Assembly: GCA_050116575.1 (NCBI GenBank)
Contig: JASFOJ010000014.1
Location: 1 to 54,588 of the forward strand
Source of the DNA: Gammaproteobacteria bacterium
Lineage (GTDB): Bacteria; Pseudomonadota; Gammaproteobacteria; SZUA-152
Reading direction: 5' to 3'
DNA: 54,588 bases
Part shown: positions 30,897 through 38,271 of the stretch, piece by piece
Layout: each line of letters begins with the position of its first letter
Numbering within the stretch: position 1 is the first letter of the stretch
The notes under the pieces: model-generated
Told to the model about the DNA's origin: nothing
The model's input: the letters and a program-made list of their open reading frames with translations, nothing else
Databases searched by the model: none
Translations under genes and position numbers: made by a program

Positions 30897-30934
30897 AAAA
30901 AAACCCTGGATAACGCTGTCAGCCAGGGTTTATG
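30897..30934 (-). terminator. Rho-independent terminator (CCCTGG…CCAGGG hairpin, A-run / T-run on both sides) between rtcA and rtcB
   Basis: aaaaaaaCCCTGGataacgctgtcagCCAGGGtttatg, seen directly in the sequence. Confidence 0.5.
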
Positions 30935-31139
30935 AGACTCTACCATGGAAGACAACGTCGACATGCCTTCCACGCAAAGAGAAAGACATTGTTAATTTGT
31001 ATCGCGTTTTTGCCGTAACACTTGAGCTTTCTCCTTGAGTAACTGTTAAATTGAAATCGTGCCGCAATTGTAGCGCAGTGATTCAGAATGTCAACGACCG
31101 CTTGTCTGTTGAATTAGTACGCTCAAACCAGAGCAGTGT

Positions 31140-32174
31140 TTAACTTGCAACTTTTATACTAAAGCAATTTTCATTTAATTCGCTGAGCCGGTAATTGATA
31201 TCGAGAAACTGTTTCACCGTTCTGATATTGGTTTCAGTGTGTTGCGTTAGCTGACATGTCACAAACTCTCCGCCACCCGCCAAGCCCATGGGCAACAACA
31301 GCTGATCAGCGAGGTGCTCATCCACAGCAACGCCACTGTCAATGTAACGGCGTACTTCGTTTGCGACTTTTTTCGCAACGATTTCTGCTTTCACGCCTTT
31401 TTGACCATACCCTGTAAATACCTCGCTGATATTTTCACTTTCCACAGCAACTGAGACGACATTACCTGGCCCCAGCTCGGTTCCATAAGAGATAATGTCG
31501 AAATGATTGATCGATACGTTTAACTGACGCGCCAATACATTGATCTCGCGTTCAGCAATGTGTTTCGGTAATCCCACGATGTATACTGCTCCATGTATCG
31601 ACTGAATTTTCCCACGCTGCTTTAATGAGATAGCCTTTAATTTCCCGGTCGGTTGCACGTGCAACTCGAGACAACCACCGCCTTTTGGGAAAAATCCCGG
31701 CCGTATCAACGCTATTTCTATATCGCCCCCCATTTTATCCAGGATGGGTAAATACGCCTGTTGAATGAATTCAAATGGCGGGGCCATGGGATTGTGCGTG
31801 CCGCCTTCTATGGCGATCTTGCTGGGGCCATCGGCAAACAGCAAGGGCAGCATGATCGTCTGCAATACCAACGTTGTACTACCGGCGGTTCCGATCGAAA
31901 AGTGATACTCTCCAGGCTGTACATCATTCGGCTCGAAAACCAACTGTTGAGATCCCAAATGATCGCCTTCCACTCTGGCGTTACTGATACGCGCCGCTGC
32001 TCTAACCGCGGTTAAATGCCGGCGCAACAGCCCGGGCTTTTTCCGCCTGGCACGTATGTTTTCCATTCTGAATGGTTTTTTAAGGCAGACGGATATCGCT
32101 AATGATGAGCGCAATACCTGGCCACCCCCTTCGCCTTGTGAACCATCGATATAGACATGTCTTTGTTCGTTCAT
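31140..32174 (-). CDS. rtcA: RNA 3'-terminal phosphate cyclase RtcA
   Basis: N-terminal DGSQGEGGGQVLRSSLAISV... motif of RtcA; 344 aa. Confidence 0.9.
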   Translation of the reverse strand: MNEQRHVYIDGSQGEGGGQVLRSSLAISVCLKKPFRMENIRARRKKPGLLRRHLTAVRAAARISNARVEGDHLGSQQLVFEPNDVQPGEYHFSIGTAGSTTLVLQTIMLPLLFADGPSKIAIEGGTHNPMAPPFEFIQQAYLPILDKMGGDIEIALIRPGFFPKGGGCLELHVQPTGKLKAISLKQRGKIQSIHGAVYIVGLPKHIAEREINVLARQLNVSINHFDIISYGTELGPGNVVSVAVESENISEVFTGYGQKGVKAEIVAKKVANEVRRYIDSGVAVDEHLADQLLLPMGLAGGGEFVTCQLTQHTETNIRTVKQFLDINYRLSELNENCFSIKVAS

Positions 32175-32301
32175 TTCAATTTCTTTTGAATTTTCAGTAA
32201 GTAAATAGTCGCTTTCTACTGTTTAGCATAAATAGACGATATTTAAAAAGTCTCCCCCACTTCCCTTTCGTAAAGGGAAGCAATCGGGGAGAAACAATGG
32301 T

Positions 32302-33633
32302 TTAGTTAATTTTCACCAAACCATTCATCAGTCCTTCAAGGCCACCGAAAACAGACAAGTTACCGACTTTTTCAGTGACTTTTTCCAACGTTTCCAGCTC
32401 TTTCAAGCGTAGCGCCGTTGGGTTGTCTTCCATGACTTTGGCGGTGTTCAACATTGAACGTGTGGCCGCCGTTTCTTCGCGACGTCGAATGGAGTTCGCT
32501 TGTGCGGCTTTTTCAGCTTCGACCACTTGGGCCAGAATGGTTTTCATATCACCTGGCAGGATAATATCTTTCACACCTACATCAGCGATAGAAATACCGA
32601 CATCCGCGGTTTTGGCCTTGATGTGCGCCAACACGCTATCATCGATGACCGTTTTATCTTCAAGCAACGCATCCAACGTACGTGTACCCACGGCCGCGCG
32701 CAAACCAAATTGCAGTTCACGGCGCACGTAGTCGTTGACGTCAGCCAATTTTGACGTTGCCGCCATCACATCCGTGATGCGGTAGCTGCAAGACAAGTTG
32801 ATACGCAGGTTTACCTTGTCTTTGGTCAAAATTTCCTGACCGGCGACGTCCATGTCTTGTACACGAGTATCGAACAATTCAATACGGATATTACGATTGA
32901 ACTTCCAGTACGCGTGCAGACCTGGCGTCAATGTACCTGCCGTTGCACCATCCACGTACAGAACACCTACGTTGTATTCTGGCACATGACGGAAGTACAC
33001 GGCGTGGATCATGGAGTCACGCAACAGACCACGGTCGGCGAACACCAGTTCGGCTGCCAGCCGTGATTCGATGGCGAAGTCATCCGCGATATCGATTACT
33101 TTGGCCTCAACGTCCACCAGTCCTTTCCAGAACAGCGTGCGCGTTGATGGACCCAGCACGTAGGCCAGGCGGCGATTTTTGAAGATCAATGCCACTTGCG
33201 TTGCGTTCAATTCCACGATATCGAAGCGTTTTGCCACTTCGCCCGCAAATTGTTTGATCAACAGGTCGGTCAAGCGGTGCTCGAACTCCGGTACGCTCAG
33301 GTCAAAAACCTCCACGTCGATTTTACGCAGTGGATCCAGGAAGTGGTACGTACCCGCATCCAGGAAGCGTACAAAATCCCCGTTTTTAAACAGCAATCCG
33401 CGTTCATTTTTTTTCACTATAAATTTACGTACTACCAACATTGTCTTACTCCCATTGTCCCTGTTACCACTCACTGGTTGTTTCACGTTCACCGCCTTGT
33501 CAGCGCCTGAAATGCCCTTATTTGTTAAACTTGAGTTCACACGCACAGAAGCCGGTTTGCCTCGATGCCGCTGTGAAATAAGGGCGGCCGTTTCTCCGAT
33601 TGTGCGTTGTGTGTTCATCGTAGAGTCCTTCAC
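32302..33633 (-). CDS. SPFH/band-7 (stomatin/HflKC-like) domain protein
   Basis: SPFH core and a C-terminal coiled coil (EAEKAAQANSIRRREE...); the N-terminal start is uncertain. Confidence 0.75.
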   Translation of the reverse strand: MKDSTMNTQRTIGETAALISQRHRGKPASVRVNSSLTNKGISGADKAVNVKQPVSGNRDNGSKTMLVVRKFIVKKNERGLLFKNGDFVRFLDAGTYHFLDPLRKIDVEVFDLSVPEFEHRLTDLLIKQFAGEVAKRFDIVELNATQVALIFKNRRLAYVLGPSTRTLFWKGLVDVEAKVIDIADDFAIESRLAAELVFADRGLLRDSMIHAVYFRHVPEYNVGVLYVDGATAGTLTPGLHAYWKFNRNIRIELFDTRVQDMDVAGQEILTKDKVNLRINLSCSYRITDVMAATSKLADVNDYVRRELQFGLRAAVGTRTLDALLEDKTVIDDSVLAHIKAKTADVGISIADVGVKDIILPGDMKTILAQVVEAEKAAQANSIRRREETAATRSMLNTAKVMEDNPTALRLKELETLEKVTEKVGNLSVFGGLEGLMNGLVKIN

Positions 33634-34002
33634 GTTTTATATATCATACAATCTAGTTAGTGGTGTCACTTCCACACCATTGCAGCGGGTGATAATTTGC
33701 GAATCACCGGGTTTGATCGGAACGTGACGCCGCAGTATCCCGTAACCCGAATAACTTCAAGCTACTGTCAACGTTAGCGAAACGTTGCGAAAAAACCGGG
33801 TAAATCCGTACCCGTTATCACACAGGCCCAATGGTGCTGTGTGAGCAACAGCGGTTCGGCATCAACTGCCTGCCTATTTCGCTACTGTCACACCGGAAGT
33901 GACATCCGGTGGTTTGGTTTCCTCTCGTACTCCCAAGGTGTCTTTACCTAAGACCAAAGAGGGGACTCGAACCCCAGACCGTTAAAGGGTCTTTACCATA
34001 GT

Positions 34003-34075
34003 TGCTTAGACAGGATTTGAACCTGCTACCTCACGATTTTCCGTCGTGTGCTCTACCCAATGAGCTACAAAGCAC
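34003..34075 (-). pseudogene. tRNA-Phe-like gene (anticodon GAA but G33, acceptor-stem mismatch, no CCA)
   Basis: Cloverleaf derivable by eye: D-arm GCTCATTGGGTAGAGC, anticodon arm CACGA-CGGAAAA-TCGTG, T-arm GCAGGTTCAAATCCTGT. The defects suggest decay. Confidence 0.35.
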
Positions 34076-34342
34076 TGGTGTGAATAGCCTTCTCCATAAC
34101 GGTACACGTCAATCAATTTTCAGATCCAACGCGCCAGCCAGGTATACAGAACCATCGCCGCTGTTACAAGTAAGACGCATACTCACTCTGTAAAGGGTTT
34201 GTGTTTTTCTTTACACAATCCACTTAATTTCTTTAATGCTCCCTCCTTTTCAACCGAGGGTTGGGGGGGGTTATTACATTAATCCTAGAATCAAATCCCC
34301 CTTCATTCTCCATTTGTAAAACGGGAAGTACCTCACCATTAA

Positions 34343-34906
34343 TCAAATCCAACGACAGTGTTTCGTAAATCCGGCTTTCAAAAATTCCATTTGATCGGCC
34401 AGGATTCTGCCGCTGTTGCGCAATGCCAGATATTCGGCATGGTTCGGTGTATGCGGCAACGCCAACAACTGCAAATTGCATTCTTCCGGCAAACGATCGC
34501 CTTTGTAATGGTTGCATCGTTTGCAGGCTGCCACGACGTTGGTCCAGGTGTTTTTACCGTTCCGTGACCGTGGAATCACGTGATCACGGGTCAGCTGCTG
34601 AGCGTTAAACTCACGACCACAATACATACACAGATGTCGGTCACGTCGAAACAATTCCTGGTTGGTCAACGGTGGTACTGAGCGAACACGAATGGTTTTA
34701 TCCACGCCTTTCACTGCAACGATCGAATGGATATCCACAAACGAGCGTTGGCTGGTCACACGGTTGACACCACCGTGGAACCGAAAACGATGTTCGCCCG
34801 CCGTCCAACCGATACGCTCTTTGGCATACAACATCACGGCGTCTTGCCAATGCATCCAGCCCAACGGCTGACCCGCCATATCCAAACGCAAAATCAATGG
34901 AACCAC
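34343..34906 (-). CDS. HNH endonuclease (start GTG preceded by GAGGAG; ORF-track extension to 35050 runs into tRNA-Leu and is rejected)
   Basis: C-terminal CMYCGREFNAQQLTRDHVIPRSRNGKNTWTNVVAACKRCNHYKG HNH motif. Confidence 0.75.
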   Translation of the reverse strand: MVPLILRLDMAGQPLGWMHWQDAVMLYAKERIGWTAGEHRFRFHGGVNRVTSQRSFVDIHSIVAVKGVDKTIRVRSVPPLTNQELFRRDRHLCMYCGREFNAQQLTRDHVIPRSRNGKNTWTNVVAACKRCNHYKGDRLPEECNLQLLALPHTPNHAEYLALRNSGRILADQMEFLKAGFTKHCRWI

Positions 34907-34964
34907 GCTTTTCTCCTCATACTCTATCGATACCTTTAACAAGTTGGGAAGTACCATTATTAAT

Positions 34965-35050
34965 TGGTGTGCCCGGTCAGATTCGAACTGACATTGCCAT
35001 TTGGGCATAGGGTTTGAGCCTATTGTGTCGGCCAATTGCACCACGGGCAC
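34965..35050 (-). tRNA. tRNA-Leu(CAA)
   Basis: Acceptor GTGCCCG/CGGGCAC, anticodon arm ATAGG-CTCAAAC-CCTAT, long variable arm, T-arm with TTCGAAT, encoded CCA. Confidence 0.85.
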
Positions 35051-35248
35051 ATTTTGCGAATTGGCGGAAGAGATAGGGCGAGCAACGGGTTAAGGAGTCG
35101 CGAGCGCCAAGTCATGGATGACTTGGCTGGACTTTCGCGCGAAGCATGGATAGCGAAGCGCGAAAGCGAACCTATAAATCCCTACCAGGGATCCACTGGT
35201 TAGCAACCAGCTGCCTTGCCATTCAGCCACTCTTCCGACTTATCGATT

Positions 35249-35336
35249 TGGTGCGTGCGGAGGGATTGGAACCCTCATGCTCGAACGGAGCGGCGGATTT
35301 TAAATCCGCTGTGTTTGGCGGCTCCACCACGCACGC
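35249..35336 (-). tRNA. tRNA-Leu(UAA), D-loop lacks GG
   Basis: Acceptor GCGTGCG/CGCACGC, anticodon arm GCGGA-TTTAAAA-TCCGC, long variable arm, CCA end. Confidence 0.8.
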
Positions 35337-35356
35337 AGCACCTACATTTATGTATT

Positions 35357-35432
35357 TGGTTGTGACAATTGGAGTCGAACCAATATCTTCAAGGGTATGA
35401 GCCTTGCGCTTTGCCAGTTAAGCTATGTCACA
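35357..35432 (-). tRNA. tRNA-Met or Ile2 (anticodon CAU)
   Basis: Canonical cloverleaf; anticodon arm CAAGG-CTCATAC-CCTTG. Confidence 0.85.
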
Positions 35433-35445
35433 ACTTCTACAACAT

Positions 35446-35521
35446 TGGCACCCTTGGTAGGATTTAAACCCACATCTGTCGAGGTAGAAGCTCGATGCTT
35501 TGTTCATTAAGCTACAAGGGT
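35446..35521 (-). tRNA. tRNA-Arg(UCU)
   Basis: Anticodon arm TCGAG-CTTCTAC-CTCGA; canonical D and T arms. Confidence 0.85.
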
Positions 35522-35539
35522 GTAGTTAATCAATGTATT

Positions 35540-35615
35540 TGGTGCCCCCGGCAGGATTTTCGCCTGCAACCTACCGCTTAAAAGGCGATTGCTCTTGATG
35601 TTGAGCTACGAAGGC
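35540..35615 (-). tRNA. tRNA-Lys(UUU) with atypical T-loop CGAAAAT
   Basis: Anticodon arm ATCGC-CTTTTAA-GCGGT; acceptor with two G-U pairs; the T-loop lacks TTC. Confidence 0.75.
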
Positions 35616-35642
35616 AATATTTCTATTTTTAAAAGAATAAAT

Positions 35643-35717
35643 TGGAGGTGCGGGCCGGAATTGCACCGACGAAAAGTTGGTTTGCAACCAACTGCATTGC
35701 TACTCTGCCACCGCACC
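35643..35717 (-). tRNA. tRNA-Cys(GCA)
   Basis: Anticodon arm GTTGG-TTGCAAA-CCAAC, discriminator U, CCA. Confidence 0.8.
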
Positions 35718-35718
35718 G

Positions 35719-35865
35719 TGGCACCTCGAGCAGGAGTCGACAATTTTGTATGGAGCAAAATTGGTCGAACTTTAGTTCACCCGTAGGGCGCAAGCCATGG
35801 ACGGCTTGCGACAGCCCACACCCACTGTTTTGGAGGCAGTTGTTCTACCGTTAAACTATCGAGGC
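35719..35865 (-). ncRNA. Elongated tRNA-Trp(CCA)-like gene carrying the ~80-nt three-hairpin module (copy A) between 5' T-stem and T-loop
   Basis: The 5' half GCCTCGA-TA-GTTT-AACGGTA-GAAC-A-ACTGC-CTCCAAA-ACAGT closely parallels E. coli tRNA-Trp. It is followed by GTGGG, the module, GTCGACT-CCTGC, TCGAGGT-G-CCA. Confidence 0.55.
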
Positions 35866-35877
35866 ACAATCTTTTAT

Positions 35878-35952
35878 TGGTAGGGGATCCTGGACTTGAA
35901 CCAGAACTCTGAGCTTCAAAGACTCGTGTGCTGCCGATTACACCAATCCCCT
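35878..35952 (-). tRNA. tRNA-Gln(UUG)
   Basis: Anticodon loop CTTTGAA; acceptor AGGGGAT/ATCCCCT; CCA. Confidence 0.75.
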
Positions 35953-35967
35953 ATCGGTTATTAAACT

Positions 35968-36043
35968 TGGCACGCCCACCAGGACTTGAACCTGGATCTC
36001 TCACATTCGTAGTGTGAGGCTCTCGCCATTGAGCTATAGGCGT
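35968..36043 (-). tRNA. tRNA-Arg(ACG)
   Basis: Anticodon arm TCACA-CTACGAA-TGTGA; canonical. Confidence 0.85.
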
Positions 36044-36045
36044 TT

Positions 36046-36120
36046 TGGTTGACGTGGTCAGAATCGAACTGACAACCTTCTGTTTGTAAGACAGACGCTC
36101 AACCATTGAGCTACACGCCA
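36046..36120 (-). tRNA. tRNA-Val(UAC)
   Basis: Anticodon arm TCTGT-CTTACAA-ACAGA; canonical. Confidence 0.85.
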
Positions 36121-36138
36121 TTTGATTTGTATAAAACG

Positions 36139-36232
36139 TGGCGGAAGGTGGAGGGCACGATCCCCAAACGGTGTTTCACGTTCCACTGGTTTTCAAGACC
36201 AGGCCAACGCCCATCGCGTCAGGTTACCTTCC
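36139..36232 (-). tRNA. tRNA-Ser(UGA)-like, class II, degenerate T-arm
   Basis: Acceptor GGAAGGT/ACCTTCC, anticodon arm CTGGT-CTTGAAA-ACCAG, long variable arm; the T-loop is not canonical. Confidence 0.55.
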
Positions 36233-36301
36233 TTACCTGTTTTACATACGTTCGCAATATAGAATTGTTTTGTGATGTTGTTTGTTGCAGTCTTTTAGAT
36301 T

Positions 36302-36358
36302 ACGATTGACGACGCACTTTCACCAAAGCTGCTAGTTGTTTTTTGGATAATTTCATTG
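36302..36358 (-). CDS. Candidate 18-aa ORF MKLSKKQLAALVKVRRQS with strong SD (GAGGAGGG) inside the tRNA array
   Basis: RBS and ATG spacing seen in the sequence; no other support. Confidence 0.2.
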
Positions 36359-36375
36359 CATCGCCCTCCTCTATT

Positions 36376-36451
36376 TGGCACGCCCGGAAGGATTCAAACC
36401 TTCGACCCCTTGGTTCGAAGCCAAGTACTCTGTTCACTGAGCTACGGACGT
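36376..36451 (-). tRNA. tRNA-Arg(UCG)
   Basis: Anticodon arm CTTGG-CTTCGAA-CCAAG; canonical arms. Confidence 0.75.
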
Positions 36452-36465
36452 ATGTGGCATTAAAT

Positions 36466-36542
36466 TGGTAGCGCGGGTGAGATTCGAACTCACAACATCC
36501 AGTTTCTAAGACTGGCGCGTCTGCCCATTGCGCCACCGCGCC
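36466..36542 (-). tRNA. Class I tRNA with anticodon UAG (Leu codon CUA) but short variable arm
   Basis: Anticodon arm CCAGT-CTTAGAA-ACTGG, 5-nt variable loop, A73; bacterial tRNA-Leu is normally class II. Confidence 0.6.
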
Positions 36543-36561
36543 GCTATACGACAAATAAGTA

Positions 36562-36639
36562 TGGGGCGACCGACGAGGTTCGAACTCGTATCCTCTCGGT
36601 TCACAGCCGAGGACTTTAGCCGGTTAAGCTACGGCCGCC
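36562..36639 (-). tRNA. tRNA-His(GUG) with encoded G-1
   Basis: Extra 5' G pairing with C73; anticodon arm CTCGG-CTGTGAA-CCGAG. Confidence 0.85.
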
Positions 36640-36661
36640 ACTAATTAACTTACAAATAATT

Positions 36662-36754
36662 TGGAGCGGGTAATGAGACTTGCACTCATAACCTCAACGT
36701 TGGCAACGTTACGCTCTTCTCATTGCACCCTCCGGGCATAAAAGCTATACCCGC
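36662..36754 (-). tRNA. tRNA-Gly(GCC) with ~18-nt D-loop expansion (UUAUGCCCGGAGGGUGCAAU)
   Basis: Acceptor GCGGGTA/TACCCGC with U73; anticodon arm TAACG-TTGCCAA-CGTTG. Closely parallels E. coli tRNA-Gly(GCC) apart from the insertion and the TGCAAGT T-loop. Confidence 0.6.
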
Positions 36755-36761
36755 AGTAAAT

Positions 36762-36856
36762 TGGTCTGGACGACAGGCCGCTCTTGAGCATCCCTGCTCT
36801 GGCGGCACTTGTGCATCCAAGCACATCGGATTCGAACACGATCCATACAGTTTTGT
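36762..36856 (-). pseudogene. tRNA-Pro 3'-end relic (duplicate of the last ~20 nt of tRNA-Pro, T-arm missing)
   Basis: aattggtctggacgacagg nearly repeats aatttggtctgggcgacagg at 36858; the upstream part lacks T-arm and anticodon features. Confidence 0.4.
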
Positions 36857-36860
36857 AATT

Positions 36861-36939
36861 TGGTCTGGGCGACAGGATTTGAACCTATGGCCTCTCGGTT
36901 CCAAACCGAGTGCTCTGCACAGACTGAGCTACACCCAGA
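36861..36939 (-). tRNA. tRNA-Pro(UGG)
   Basis: Anticodon arm CTCGG-TTTGGAA-CCGAG; canonical. Confidence 0.85.
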
Positions 36940-37049
36940 AAGATCACCAACGATGCACGTTGGCGGCACAGCTGTTGTCCTGCAGTTGTGCTCCCACACC
37001 TTTTACGGCGGTGGTATACCGGCGACAGGGAGTGTCGCGCTCCTGCTAT

Positions 37050-37197
37050 TGGTTGCCCTATCAGATTCGACAATTCTGACGGGATCAGAATTGGCCGCGC
37101 TTTAGCGCGCCCGGCAGGGTACGGGCCATGGATGGCCCGTAACAGCTGATCACCGCACGATTATCAGTCGTGTGCTCTGCCACTGAGCTAAAGGGCA
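37050..37197 (-). ncRNA. Elongated tRNA-Ile(GAU)-like gene carrying module copy C
   Basis: The 5' half TGCCCTT-TA-GCTC-AGTGGCA-GAGC-A-CACGA-CTGATAA-TCGTG is canonical. T-stem ATCAG then the module then TTGTCGAAT-CTGAT then AGGGCA-A-CCA. Confidence 0.5.
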
Positions 37198-37365
37198 TTG
37201 GCGAACCGGACGGGGTTATTCCGCACATCCATGTGCTCCACCCTTTGGGCCGTCGCTTCGCGACGTTCAAATTTGCTCCCGGCAAATTTGTCGAACCCGC
37301 AATGTCATCTCGACACCAGGTTGAAGGCCTGGCCGCTTTGTCCACTTTGCATACCGGTTCATCGT

Positions 37366-37442
37366 TGGCGACCATGACCGGCAATGATCCGGCATCTTCC
37401 ACCTTGACAGGGTGGCGCTTTCCCAAGTTAAGCTACATGGCC
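37366..37442 (-). tRNA. tRNA-Asp(GUC) with atypical T-loop
   Basis: Anticodon arm CCACC-CTGTCAA-GGTGG; acceptor GGCCATG/CATGGTC; T-loop ATCATTG. Confidence 0.7.
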
Positions 37443-37449
37443 TTTAAAT

Positions 37450-37521
37450 TGGTGGAGTGATTCGGAATCGAACCGAACCCGATCGCTTGCAAGGCGTTCA
37501 GTGCGACCCATCGCCCACCCC
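37450..37521 (-). ncRNA. Short tRNA-like gene (anticodon UGC-like) with mini D-arm (GCGA-TGG-TCGC)
   Basis: Acceptor GGGGTGG/TCACTCC with G-U pairs, T-arm TTCGG-TTCGATT-CCGAA, CCA; the D-loop is only 3 nt. Confidence 0.4.
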
Positions 37522-37543
37522 GTATGAAACAAGTGCAATTAGT

Positions 37544-37629
37544 TGGCTGAGAAGGTCGGACTCGAACCGACATTGAGTTCTCACTCACGGGTTAACAGCC
37601 CGCTGCATTACCTGGTCTGCCACTTCTCA
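37544..37629 (-). tRNA. Class II (long variable arm) tRNA with anticodon GUU (Asn codons)
   Basis: Acceptor TGAGAAG/CTTCTCA, D-stem GCA/TGC, anticodon arm GCGGG-CTGTTAA-CCCGT, 15-nt variable arm GAGTGAGAACTCAAT, T-arm GTCGG-TTCGAGT-CCGAC. Confidence 0.6.
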
Positions 37630-37637
37630 TTATCATT

Positions 37638-37714
37638 TGGTGCAGCGAAATGGATTCGAACCACTATCGCCCTGGGCTTCAACCAGGCGCTCTACCCATT
37701 GGAGCTATCGCTGC
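37638..37714 (-). tRNA. tRNA-Phe(GAA)
   Basis: Anticodon arm CCTGG-TTGAAGC-CCAGG; canonical D and T arms. Confidence 0.85.
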
Positions 37715-37720
37715 GAAATT

Positions 37721-37982
37721 TGGTGGAGCACGGAAGGCCGCTCTCGCAGATCCCTCGGCTATGGCTCCTGCTTCGCCCTACCTCCTGCATCCATGCAGTC
37801 GTGTGCTTCGCGGCACCTGTGCATCCATGCACAATGGAATCGACAATTTTGTCCGGAACAAAATTGGTCGAACTTTAGTTCGCCCGTAGGGCGCGAGCCA
37901 GGGATGGCTCGCGACAGCCTCTTGCCCGAAGGGCCTGGGCTACAACCAGGCCGTGGACCATCCACGCTTATTGACATGCTCC
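37721..37982 (-). ncRNA. Long tRNA-like RNA with Tyr-type anticodon arm (GUA), mini D-arm, module copy B and two GCATGGATGCA hairpins before a CCA end
   Basis: GGCCTGG-TTGTAGC-CCAGGCC anticodon arm, GTGGA-TGG-TCCAC mini D-arm, the module at 37840-37919, 3' CCGTGCTCCACCA; boundaries are uncertain. Confidence 0.4.
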
Positions 37983-37994
37983 AATACGCTTTTG

Positions 37995-38160
37995 TGGTTT
38001 ACTAAGGTCGGTTTCACCCCACCGACTCCCGAATCCGGTTTTTCAACCGTCGAACCGACTTTACTTACCCTTGCACACCCAGGCAGAAATGAATGGAGTA
38101 ACAACGGGTTTCGGTTACAACCTGGTGCTGCCACACCACTTAGTAAACCCAAAAACATAC
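37995..38160 (-). ncRNA. Structured RNA closed by 11-bp terminal helix (GGTTTACTAAG / CTTAGTAAACC) with CCA after the helix; tRNA-like acceptor
   Basis: Inverted repeat between 37996-38007 and 38136-38147, seen directly; the internal fold is unresolved. Confidence 0.3.
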
Positions 38161-38175
38161 GCACTAAAAAACAAT

Positions 38176-38269
38176 TGGTGCCGAAAGTAGGACTTGCACC
38201 CACAACCGTCTGCTTACAAGGCAGCTGCTCTGCTAAATTGCACCCAAAGGGCATAAAAGCTATTTCGGC
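38176..38269 (-). tRNA. tRNA-Thr(UGU)-like with the same D-loop expansion as the Gly(GCC) gene
   Basis: Acceptor GCCGAAA/TTTCGGC, D-loop TTATGCCCTTTGGGTGCAATTTAGCA, anticodon arm GCTGC-CTTGTAA-GCAGA, T-loop TGCAAGT. Confidence 0.55.
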
Positions 38270-38271
38270 AC

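Noticed and set aside
34907-35050. N-terminal extension of the HNH ORF (MPVVQLADTIGSNPMPKWQCQF...) reported by the six-frame track
   Set aside because: It lies entirely within tRNA-Leu(CAA) and its flank. A GTG with a GAGGAG SD further downstream gives a sensible HNH start.
36300-36554. 84-aa minus-strand ORF spanning 36300-36554
   Set aside because: It runs through two tRNA genes. Only its last 18 codons (the small ORF with SD) are plausibly translated.
35642-38005. ORFs 35642-35854 and 37637-38005 sharing the peptide QFC(M/P)EQNWSNFSSPVGR(K/E)P, suggestive of a small protein family
   Set aside because: The shared translation is a by-product of the conserved RNA module on the opposite strand. 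Between copies it shows base-pair covariation rather than codon conservation, and the ORFs overlap tRNA-like genes.
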